DNA of 63,420 bases, counting the filler, from Pelomyxa schiedti (Eukaryota; Protista; Evosea), in the NCBI GenBank assembly GCA_020536535.1. It is 9 parts of 9 records of this genome, joined end to end, with 100 filler letters (N's around TTAATTAATTAA, not from the genome) between each part and the next. Parts side by side here need not be neighbours in the genome. Positions count along the whole stretch, not along the records: positions 54,408 to 57,347 come from JAHLWZ010001850.1; positions 57,448 to 60,591 come from JAHLWZ010000722.1; positions 60,692 to 62,284 come from JAHLWZ010002402.1; positions 62,385 to 63,420 come from JAHLWZ010002958.1; 5 more parts are not named here. One strand, given 5' to 3'. Under the pieces are notes generated by a model. It saw nothing but the letters and a program-made list of their open reading frames with translations, was not told the DNA's origin and ran no database searches. Both the position numbers and the translations under genes were made by a program. Shown here piece after piece: positions 54,408 through 63,420 of the stretch. Every line of letters begins with the position of its first letter. Position 1 is the first letter of the stretch.

Positions 54408-54903
54408 GTGTGGTTCTTATTCTGTTGGGAAGAATGGTGCCGAACTGGTCAACACTTTCACCCACATCTCATCAGGGTTATCATCCTTTCTCAAACACAA
54501 TTGTTGAGTGAGCTTTGTTGTGTAAAAAAGAAAGTTGTTGTTTTGCGAAAGAAAAATCTTGACTCTTTTTCTTTTTTGGGTCTTCGGATCTGCCATGTGC
54601 TTCTCAGAGGCTGGAAAGACCACGAAACGGTAGAATGTGTCTGGTCCAGAAAGACATTTCAGAATTTTCCCTTCACAGGTGGCTCGAATGATATTATGAG
54701 TAGAAGTAGTAGTAGCGCTAGTAGCAGCCGGCAAATAGTAAGTAGTAGTAGTCCTCTCTAATAATGTGTTGCTCTAGTACAGCGCCATTGTGGGACAGCA
54801 GCAGCAGGTTGTTGCTGTGCAGGCAATATAGCTTTCTGATAGCGCGGTTGTGGAACATACAGCAACGGTTGTGATGGTGATGAGGGAGTGATGTGTGGCC
54901 CAC

Positions 54904-54932
54904 GTTGCTGTTGCTGTTGCTGCTGCTGTTGT

Positions 54933-54968
<36 letters not shown>
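54904..54968. repeat. (CAG/CAA)n-type microsatellite (poly-Gln on minus strand)
   Basis: Run of TGC/TGT triplets on the plus strand. Confidence 0.85.
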
Positions 54969-54969
<1 letters not shown>

Positions 54970-55719
54970 TTTTTGTTGTTGTTGCTGTTGTTGTGCAGAA
55001 CCAGTGGCGGGATGTGCTGACGATGGCTGCTGTAGGTGTGGAGCTATGTGCCTTGGTGGCAGTGCTGACTGATGCAACGGCAACGGTTGTGGTGGTAAAA
55101 CCCGGTGGTGGGATTGACGCCGTTGTTGCGTCAGGGGAACAGCTGGCTGTGTGGTGTGTATGGCGGAACCCAAGAGATACTTGTTGAGGTGATGATGGTG
55201 GTGGTTCCTGGCGTGGTCTTTGTTGTTGCACTTGTGTGTGAACAACAGGGTGATGAGTTGATCGTGGTAGAGCTGCAATAATGGTGGGTGGAGAGGTTCC
55301 CCTTGGTGCTGTCGGACAGTTGTTTGGGAGAGATTGCAGCGGCTGATGATACTGCTGCTGCTGGCGGTTCTGGCACATCCCTTGATAGAGTTGTTGCAGC
55401 AACTGTGATTGAGCCTGGGGAGCAGCAGCAGCAGCAGCTCCCTGATGTGGTACCACTTGTGTAAGTGCAAGGTGGTGGTGGGGGTGTGGTGATGACAGTG
55501 GGCTGTGCTGCCGTACGCGGAACTGGCAAAGTGTTGAGGGCCTGTGCTTGTGCTTGCAGCCGCTGTGTTGTGATTGGGGTTGCTGGGTATGCTGCTGGCG
55601 TTGCGGCTGTGGTTGCTGTTGCTGCTGACGGCTGTGGCTATGGTGGTGGTGGTGGTGGTTCCTATTGTGGTCTTCTTGACCCTGCTGTTCAGGCTGAGGT
55701 TCAGCAGTGTAAGAAGCAA

Positions 55720-57153
55720 CCATACGTGTTGTCTTCTTGCTTGTTTCTGAAGTCTGGGAGTGTATTCAGTTACAAGCTCCTCCTGCTCCATGCTTTGTTC
55801 TACTGTCCTTTTGGAGTAGCTAAGCTTGATCTGATGAGTGTTGCTTCTGGCGCCAACCACCTTGGTTAAAATGTGTACTGGGCATGACTCAGCCGAAGTT
55901 GTTTTCAAGATTATCTGGGAGCTGCCTGGATTGGACATGAAACAGTGGTAGTCAATGATTCTTTCTTTGCCGAACTTCAGAAAAGAAACACTTTTTGGGG
56001 TTTCAGGGACTTCCAAGTGAGGGATACCTTGAAGAAGAAGAGTAAGTAAAAATCGGGGTTCATTTAATTTAATTACACTTTGAGGAGAGAGTGAACATAC
56101 TTCAAGATAAAGACATTCTTCATCAAGTGATCCTTCTCAAAGGCAGACTGCATTTTGGGAATGAACTGCTCCATTGTGTCAATTCTGGTTTTCTTTGTCC
56201 ACTCATTGTAAAATCGGGACAGCAGCCCAAAGTGCCCATCAACTTCGGACTTTCCATGCTTTGCTGCCCACAAATGCCAGGAAAGGTGGCAGTTCAGCTT
56301 CTGAGGGAGACGGCAAAAGGAATAGGTGTGCCACCTCGAAGTTGTGGAAGTGTGGGCCTTTGTCTGTGAAGAGCTTGATGTCAGAGATCCCCTGAAACTT
56401 GTCAAGGTGGTCTGTGGTGAACTCTTCAAGTGCCCAATGACAAAAGTGGCATCATTGCTCAATACATAGTACACAATGTCCACAACACACAAGACAGATA
56501 AGGGTTGCCGGAAGTAGAAATCCCTGTTCAGCTCCTTTGGAGCTCTTCTCAGCTGCATCTTTTCCTTGAAGTCCATGGTGATAATCATTTCATGGGCTTG
56601 GAGATTATATTCTTCCCTGTGTCACAGATGTCTCCCATATTCACTGTGTTTGTAATTGTGAGGTATCATGTTTAAAAGTGTTGTGACCGAGAGGTGTTGC
56701 TGCCCTCTTGTGGTGGCAGTGTTGTTGGACATACCCTTCTGTTTTCTCAATAGACTCCCTCACAAGGGATTTCTTGGAGTTTCAAGATTCTTGCTGTTTC
56801 AGTTTGTTTAGTACCATCAGGGTGATGCATCACGTCATGGCAATCATCCCAACAGGCAACCGATCTATTCCCTGCCTCTTGAGAGTGGGAATTCAGGAAT
56901 TCAATAAGCAGTGGTCTTGTCTGAGAAACCAAAGGTGTTTCTCCTTTTGGACGTCCAGGGTTTGCCACCTCTCTGTTGTCTTGATTCTTAAAAGAATCAT
57001 TGCCGAAGTGGACCTTGTGTCGTTTCAAAGTCTCTTGTTGTTTTTTTTGTTTCCATCACCGGTGTATTCTTTGAATTCGAAGTACCGATCTGATCGAATC
57101 TGTTGTCGAATAGCAAACCTAAGCTTAGAAACGCGAAGGGTAGTCCCGTTCAT
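55720..57153 (-). mobile_element. Degenerate DDE DNA transposase (Sola-like HGKxxxDGxFG group) with a spliceosomal intron
   Basis: In order: GRPK..LIEFLNSHS, IITMDFKEK..RDFY.RQPLSVL (first D), IKLFTDKGPHFHN (second D, different frame), WAAKHGKSEVDGHFG. A GTATGT..TTCAAG intron lies at 56100-56028, then SFLKF..IIDYHCF. There are several frameshifts, and no TIRs were identified inside the contig. Confidence 0.7.
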
Positions 57154-57347
57154 GTAAAAAAGATTTTGGAACCAAGCAGCTCTCAACTTGGGTAAAAAGG
57201 AAAAAAGACGCGTGTTGACATTACGTATTCGGTAGGGCCAGAGTGAATGGCAATGGGCGTATATTTTAGGTGTGCCAAAATTGCAATTTCATTGTGGTTT
57301 TAAGTTTTCTAGTTCACAGCAGGACCCTATGTATGTCCTGCAGCAAA

Positions 57348-57447
57348 NNNNNNNNNNNNNNNNNNNNNNNNNNNNNNNNNNNNNNNNNNNNTTAATTAAT
57401 TAANNNNNNNNNNNNNNNNNNNNNNNNNNNNNNNNNNNNNNNNNNNN
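57348..57447. other. Artificial contig-joining spacer
   Basis: 44 N + TTAATTAATTAA + 44 N. Confidence 0.97.
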
Positions 57448-57553
57448 TGTGGGAAAGCAAAGTACATTGTTAGGAGGCCGCTGCTGCCGGTCAACTATCC
57501 TGTTGTTTGGTTTTTTTTTTTAAGAGAAAAATGAGAGATCTGCGTTCCATCGA

Positions 57554-58024
57554 TTACCAAGAATAAAGATCCAAGTCGGCGATTAGAGTCACACTGTTGT
57601 TGGGCCTGAAGAACGCGGCGGCCACGTCGACCTGGTCACACAGCCTGCCCAAAGCCGCGTCCTTGTTGGCTTGCCGCGAGAACGAGTCGCAGACCCCCTT
57701 GACCCACGTGTCCACCGCCCCACGCCACCCGCTGGGCATCGGCGTCGGCGACGGCGGGGGAGGCGGGGGTGCCGCAGGCGATGGCGAGTACGAGTACGAG
57801 GAGGGGGCTGCTGCTGCTCCTGCTCCGCCGCCGCCCCCGCACCCGCTGCTGCGGTGCTTGCACCAGAGGGCCACTTTATCGAGGAGCCAGGCGGAGATGT
57901 CTGGGTCATCGCCGAATCCGGAGAAGACAGCGAGCTTCTTAGTCGTGGTTCTAGTCGTAGTTGCTGTGGATGGTGGCGAATTTATTGCCGTGGGCGGGGT
58001 GGTGCAGGAGTAGTAGTGGCTCAT
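57554..58024 (-). CDS. Hypothetical protein, first exon (gene probably continues beyond contig end)
   Basis: GC-rich coding-like ORF MSHYYSC..ISAWLLDKVALWCKH..WRGAVDTWVKGVCDSF with host-type low-complexity tracts; family not recognised. Confidence 0.5.
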   Translation of the reverse strand: MSHYYSCTTPPTAINSPPSTATTTRTTTKKLAVFSGFGDDPDISAWLLDKVALWCKHRSSGCGGGGGAGAAAAPSSYSYSPSPAAPPPPPPSPTPMPSGWRGAVDTWVKGVCDSFSRQANKDAALGRLCDQVDVAAAFFRPNNSVTLIADLDLYSW

Positions 58025-58375
58025 GTGTAAAATTTTGAATAAAATTAACTTATGCCAATTGGAATCAACGAAACCAAGGCACAAACACTTTATGCCTTTG
58101 TTTAATTGTATCTACCTTGAGCGCCAGTGTCAGGTGCACGTCTTCCTTTTTACAGGATTGGCTACAGTCAAAGAGGGTTGGAAATAAATTCCCTTCACAT
58201 AACAATCAATAATGAGGACTGGCCCAGTCTAGTCTGACTAGGTAGGAATACCTCGAATATCGCACGTCGAATACAGTTTTTTTGGCCCACCATTCGTTTT
58301 TCGAATCCCATCCTGCATCCGGGCAGCTTGGAGGTTCCCAACTTGCTCTTTTCTGTGTAACAAAATTGGGAGGTG

Positions 58376-58885
58376 ATGAACGCAGAACGACCCGGGAGCA
58401 TCCCCACAAGTGCAGTCCGCTGCCGCATCACCATAAACGTCGAGATCCCCGTCCCGGATCCGGCTCCGTTACTCGTATCTCAGTTCTCCTCTTACTCAAC
58501 TTCGCTGCCCTCGTCAACGAATTGTGGGCTGCAAAACGACTACCCGGGGTGGGACCCCACACGTAGTCCCATAATCCCGGACCACCAGCCAGGGGGAGTG
58601 CCCACAACAGCAACAACAACTACAGGCTCGCACGTGCGGGCTTGCGTCTCCCGGTTCCTCACAGACCTCGCCGCGGGCCGCGGCGGAGCCAACTTGGTCC
58701 TTGTCGACGACGCAGGCGCAGCGATCGGCGAGGACTCGGGCATCCAACTTGGCTCCGTCGTGCACTGCAGCTGCACGACATCGTCAACGAGCGTTGGTGG
58801 AGGAGGAATTATGGGAGCGGGGCCTGATGGCCGGGGAAACGCGGCGAACAACATGCCCCAACCCGCAGAGTGTGTTAAAAACTAA
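58376..58885 (+). CDS. Hypothetical protein
   Basis: Closed ATG-TAA ORF of about 169 aa with GC-rich codon usage like neighbouring genes; no family recognised. Confidence 0.4.
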   Translation: MNAERPGSIPTSAVRCRITINVEIPVPDPAPLLVSQFSSYSTSLPSSTNCGLQNDYPGWDPTRSPIIPDHQPGGVPTTATTTTGSHVRACVSRFLTDLAAGRGGANLVLVDDAGAAIGEDSGIQLGSVVHCSCTTSSTSVGGGGIMGAGPDGRGNAANNMPQPAECVKN

Positions 58886-58994
58886 CCTCAAACTAAAAAG
58901 CACTTAATTATGCCATAATAACAATATGGAACTAAAACGTTTCCCAGAAGAGAACCGACATTTAATGTAGTTACACCGGCACAGACAAACCAAA

Positions 58995-59635
58995 TCACAG
59001 CCGCCCAACAACCTCCTTCTTGTATTCCTCACTCAGCCACTTTTCTTTTGTTTCTTCATCTCTGTTTGGAGGAAGACCCTTATTAAAGAATTTCTCGGAG
59101 AATTTGATGGATGGGCTGGAATCCTCAGGAGGAAGGATCAACTGGTGAGTCTCCGCCGATCCCTCATCAGTCACGAACCTTGTGCGGAGGTTCTCGTGTC
59201 TCGTGGCAATGTATTTAGCCGCTTTCTGAACTGCGGAGCTTTCCAGATTTCCGATCAGGTGGACTCCTCCAAAGACACTGTATGAAAGAGAGCCCGGTTG
59301 GATCTGGTCCAAGAAGAACAGCCGGTGCTGTGTCAGCGACAGCGGAATCTTTTCTCCCACTTTCCTCTTTGGAGTGATTGGTGGATAGGTTGGCTTCGTT
59401 GGTGCAGATCCGGAAATGAGGGCAGCCTCCAAACGGATTGTTCTCGAGTTGAAAAGGTCCCCGATGTTCAGTTTCAAGCCGGCGTTGCTTGCCGATGTCA
59501 GTAACTTGAGTGCTGCAATCGAGTCACCACCGGCTTCAAAGAAGTCCTCGTCAATTGATGATGGTGGTGATGGGAGTGCTTCACACCACAACTCGTACAC
59601 CTTCTTCTCCACTGTTGTCAGTGTTGTGGTGTCAA
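58995..59635 (-). CDS. Non-ribosomal peptide synthetase fragment: peptidyl-carrier (T) domain + start of condensation domain
   Basis: The T domain reads VEKKVYELWCEAL..IDEDFFEAGGDSIAALKLL..LNIGDLFNSRTI, with the phosphopantetheine Ser in GGDS. The C-domain start reads IPLSLTQHRLFFLDQIQP..YSV..L.GNL..ATRHENLRTRF. It is truncated upstream by the gap and downstream by a junction. Confidence 0.88.
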
Positions 59636-60591
59636 NNNNNNNNNNNNNNNNNNNNNNNNNNNNNNNNNNNNNNNNNNNNNNNNNNNNNNNNNNNNNNNNN
59701 NNNNNNNNNNNNNNNNNNNNNNNNNNNNNNNNNNNATGTAGTTCCACCGGCACAGACAAACCAAATCACAGCCGCCCAACAACCTCAACCCCAAAACATT
59801 TGGCAGGACCAGCCAACAGATCCGTCCAATTTTTACAGTGCAGTCCAGCAAAATTTGCACCCACAAAATTCCCAAGATCCCAGATTCATCCCAACTCAGC
59901 CAGGCCTTGTTTCTTGGAACAACTTGGTATCTCTCTTTGGTGCCTCTATACACAAAATCCACTGTAAGATTATGGGACATACAAGTGGTAGGTAGCAGCC
60001 ACTCTTCCCTCCCTCCTCATTTTTGTCTATCTGACTAACTGTGTATTTATTCAAGGCACTATCTCCAGTCCCCAGAGTTATTCTGTCCCACGTGCGAATT
60101 TGTAAGCTTCTCCCACAAAACAACATACTCCATTTTTTAACTCTTCTTCTTCTCCCCCATTTTTGGGAGGCAGTGACAGGTTGAAATTCTATCTCACAAT
60201 TGATAAGACAGTACAGAATCCGCAAGTTGACGTGGTACTAAGACAATCTTATTATTTTCTATCATTCTAACAACCCTAGCATGCACTTGCAGACTGGTAC
60301 CAGCCATGGTTCCATGGATTTTGTAACCATGAGGATGGTCAGACAATGTTGAGGAGCAACACTGAACGGAACCGCCGGCCCTACTTCTTAGTCCGGTGCC
60401 CAATGAGGGTAACAGTCAACCGGTTCTACAATCTCTGTCTCTACACTGCTGACCCACTGGTATCGTTTCACCTCTGCAACCAAACACAATAGACGCAAAC
60501 ACAACCTAAAAATTAAGTAACTCCAAACAAACACTTGGCACCGTAACTTTTTGCTGATATGAGCTGGGCACATCACTACACATAGGTCGAT

Positions 60592-60691
60592 NNNNNNNNN
60601 NNNNNNNNNNNNNNNNNNNNNNNNNNNNNNNNNNNTTAATTAATTAANNNNNNNNNNNNNNNNNNNNNNNNNNNNNNNNNNNNNNNNNNNN
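60592..60691. other. Artificial contig-joining spacer
   Basis: 44 N + TTAATTAATTAA + 44 N. Confidence 0.97.
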
Positions 60692-60869
60692 GGAGGGAGC
60701 GGGGCAGGACGCGGGCGGGGCTGCCGCTGCCGCACCTCGGGATAACGAGGGCCGCGGCCAGGGCGACGAACTGGTGGCGGGCCCACAGAGCGTGGGCTGG
60801 CGCTGCAGACTGAGAGCGGAGGCTCACCATTGGGGGATCCTCGGATAGGCCGTCGTTGGCGTCCTGCAT
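60692..60869 (-). CDS. Orphan-family member, N-terminus only
   Basis: ..LWARHQFVALAAALVIPRCGSGSPARVLP; cut by the spacer. Confidence 0.7.
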
Positions 60870-61204
60870 GCCTCGTGGTTTCTCTGAAATGCAATTTGTG
60901 AGTGTGGCAGAATAGAGTTGTGGGTCATGGCCTTCTGTGGTCAGTACTTTCTGTGTGGATCTTTTTTGTGTGGTGTGTTGTTTGGCACAAGGACACCTTT
61001 CGTTGTGGGGTTTGGAGAAATTCTCAGTCGGTCTAGAACTCTGTCAGTGGGTGAATCTCTGCAGGGAAAAGAACATTATGTTATCGTGGGCCGATGAAAA
61101 TCCGAAATAAATATGCAAATCCATTTGTCCACCAGAAATGACCAAGTTGTTCCTACGATGCTACAACGCCCGTGTGGAACGGAGAACATTCATTCTTTTC
61201 CGTT

Positions 61205-62284
61205 TCACAATTCTTGTGGACTTTGCATGTGTTGTTCTAAATTAAACACACCCACAGGCCAAATCCTTAAGGTATCCTCCTTAAAACCAGAGGGAACAGG
61301 TTGGTTGAGAACCACTGTGCCAGTGAGAGCATCAACAAAGACGAGACTGTCATCCTCCTCAAGGAAGACAATAAATCCACCACCACACTGGAATCCAATC
61401 CTTGTCCTGTTGTGAATCACGGTGCACGGGTGTACAAGGTCATCGGTTGAGAACACCTCGAGCCTGTGGTTGCAGTGTGTCACTTCAACAAAGTGCCGTG
61501 AGTCGACCTTGTGTGGTTGTGACTTGCACATCTTCAGAACCTTGTGGCACGTTGGTGTCAGGGACTGTATACTGTACTTAGACATTGCAATAATGGCCTT
61601 CTTGTCGCTGGAATGCATGATGCCTGGTAAACAAAAGTGGCCCTTCAATTTCTCCTTGATGCATAGTTTTCCACTTGAATGCGTTTCCTTGATGTCCACG
61701 AAAGTAACTGCCTCGTCTTCGCCTTCCCACCAGCAGATTGCGGCCTCGTCAGAGTCCCTGTCTGTCAAACAAATCCACTGAGCATCCGCAAGGTACAAGT
61801 TTAAGTCGACAGTCTTAAGGCCCTGGTCCAAGGCACATATCATCACATGACTGCGCTCCGTCGTCATCTGCAGAGCCCACTTGCTGTTGCAAGCGAACCC
61901 ACCGCACCTCATCCTAGGCATCTCGCACGCCACCCACAGGCCCTCAGGGTCGCGGCAGTCGATCACCACGTGGCTCTGGCCCCAGGCACAGGACCCCTTG
62001 ACGCCAACCAGTGTGTCCGACAGCCACCCCATGCAGCCATTCACGCCCCACGGCGCCACGTCGACCACCCCGCCCGTGGCCGACAGCGCGACCACCCAGA
62101 ACACCGCACCACCACCACAGGCGGCGGCGGCTGCCGTGGACGACGTTGGGCCCCGGTAGTCTAGCCCGGCGACCACAGCCCGTTGCTTGGACATCACCCA
62201 GGGCCGGCCTATTTCGGATGCAACGAGGGGGCAGGGGAGGGCGCGGGCGGGGCTGCGTCGGCCGCACCTCGCCACGAACGCGGC
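61205..62284 (-). CDS. Orphan-family member lacking only its extreme N-terminus; tandem with 60692-60869
   Basis: ARCGRRSPARALPCPLVASEIGRPW.., then about 340 aa of open frame similar in pattern to 20786-22075 (VVID.R, ACNSKW, TFVDIKET). Confidence 0.78.
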   Translation of the reverse strand, partial: AAFVARCGRRSPARALPCPLVASEIGRPWVMSKQRAVVAGLDYRGPTSSTAAAAACGGGAVFWVVALSATGGVVDVAPWGVNGCMGWLSDTLVGVKGSCAWGQSHVVIDCRDPEGLWVACEMPRMRCGGFACNSKWALQMTTERSHVMICALDQGLKTVDLNLYLADAQWICLTDRDSDEAAICWWEGEDEAVTFVDIKETHSSGKLCIKEKLKGHFCLPGIMHSSDKKAIIAMSKYSIQSLTPTCHKVLKMCKSQPHKVDSRHFVEVTHCNHRLEVFSTDDLVHPCTVIHNRTRIGFQCGGGFIVFLEEDDSLVFVDALTGTVVLNQPVPSGFKEDTLRIWPVGVFNLEQHMQSPQEL

Positions 62285-62384
62285 NNNNNNNNNNNNNNNN
62301 NNNNNNNNNNNNNNNNNNNNNNNNNNNNTTAATTAATTAANNNNNNNNNNNNNNNNNNNNNNNNNNNNNNNNNNNNNNNNNNNN
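62285..62384. other. Artificial contig-joining spacer
   Basis: 44 N + TTAATTAATTAA + 44 N. Confidence 0.97.
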
Positions 62385-62571
62385 GGTCGACGGTGACTTG
62401 GTGCGATGGGCGCACGACCCAGCGGCGTCCGATTTGTGCCAAACACTCGGGAGGGAGGTGCCTCGCCGGCGAGGAGGCCCCGCACCGTCCCACAATCGCC
62501 CCCGCGCCGAGCGCAACAAATTGGCTACGGGCGTCGATGCGGATTATGCTGTGGAGGGGCCCGCTGGACAT
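62385..62571 (-). CDS. Orphan-family member, N-terminus only
   Basis: MSSGPLHSIIRIDARSQFVALGAGAIVGRCGASSPARHLPPECLAQIGRRW. Confidence 0.72.
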
Positions 62572-62915
62572 GTCTTGTCTGATTCCGATTCCAAACGAGT
62601 GGTGTTGTACGATTATGAATGCGGTGATGGCTTTTGATTTGGGTATCTTGGCCTTCCATGAAAGGCGAACGACGACACAAGACTTGGGTTTGACTACTTG
62701 AAGTTCTAAATTCTTCGTTGAATACATCAAATTTTGACCGGGTCCTGCGAAGTGCTCTCACTGAGGGATGAAGTGTGTACACTGCAGGACTACGATAAGG
62801 AATTCTCTTAATTCTCGTTATCGTCTGTTACTGATGAGTGCCTAGGATATCCCTCCCCCTTCGATACCAGATTGAGTGATCAAAACCATAACGTCCAAGT
62901 ACACAGAGAGGCACA

Positions 62916-63420
62916 ATGGATTTTGACGAAGTTGACGAGAAGGACCGTGAGGGGCAGGAAGTGTTGGCCGAATTGGCACGGCTCGTGGAGGAAACAAAAG
63001 CGAACGCCAAAAACGCGAAGGTGAAGGCACACAAGTTGGATGAAATCAGGTCACGCCTCAAACGTGGAAAAGAAGGTCCGTCCCAACGAACCCTCCTCTC
63101 CCCTCCCCCCTGGGTTTCTTCTTTGCCTCGTTTTCTCTTCTTTTTACATGCAAAAGCAAAAAACGAATTGCTCACGTTAATGGTTCTAACTTCTAACACA
63201 CGTGCATGCAGTTGTGCGCGATTTCAAGGTTGAATTGCGAGTTATTGGTGCGCAGTCGCAGAGCGAGTACAAGAAGGTTTGTTACAAGTGGCGGTACCGC
63301 CACTTTTTCATTGGAACTTTGCGGGAAACCTCATTGCATCCTAGAAAATCACTGACTTAGAAGCAGAGCTCAACAGGTACACTGCCGAACTTCAGTTCCT
63401 GGAAAAAGATGACCTTACTG
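62916..63420 (+). CDS. Qb-SNARE (Vti1/NPSN-like) N-terminal helical domain, partial
   Basis: Three helical exons (MDFDEVDEKD..LDEIRSRLKRGKE|VELRVIGAQSQSEYKK|..ELNRYTAELQFLEK) resemble the Habc domain of Vti1/NPSN. The SNARE motif and TM segment lie beyond the window. Confidence 0.5.

Noticed and set aside
58966-59787. ~50-bp direct repeats flanking the NRPS fragment as element ends or an integration scar
   Set aside because: One copy abuts the scaffold gap and the other cuts the condensation domain mid-motif. Mis-assembly is more likely, though reads should be checked.
59736-60591. Possible WD40 remnant (STVRLWDIQ) or further NRPS sequence
   Set aside because: There is one short motif amid many stops and no NRPS A/C/T signatures. 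It is not supportable.

Overview
Eukaryotic draft-genome window, not one locus. Nine unrelated contigs are joined by artificial 100-nt spacers (44 N + TTAATTAATTAA + 44 N), and there are four plain 100-N scaffold gaps (3610-3709, 20214-20313, 40008-40107, 59636-59735). Genes use the standard code and carry many short (mostly 40-100 nt) GT-AG introns and long low-complexity tracts. A ciliary gene (CFAP418) and two expanded orphan families suggest a flagellated amoebozoan, probably Pelomyxa-like Archamoebae; this is inferred from remembered family motifs, not a search. Recognisable genes: WDR54, a PX-domain protein, CFAP418/C8orf37, Ubc13/UBE2N, RPL7, COPS7, importin-9, a degraded importin-alpha-like gene, an NDR-family kinase, an ADF-H protein, ITPA, a RING-B-box-coiled-coil protein and a Qb-SNARE start. 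The most unusual items are (1) a stand-alone Dicer/RIG-I-type helicase followed by three dsRBD-fold domains with no RNase III or PAZ, (2) an F-box fused directly to a DOCK DHR-2 GEF domain, (3) an NRPS carrier-condensation fragment, and (4) five copies of an orphan family sharing an N-terminal RxQFxAL...RCGxxSPA motif. Mobile DNA comprises a hAT transposase fossil, two MITEs (one with its empty site visible in a paralog) and an intron-containing Sola-like DDE transposase relic. No rRNA, tRNA or CRISPR array was seen. All exon models were spliced by eye and all homology calls come from motif recognition without database searches.
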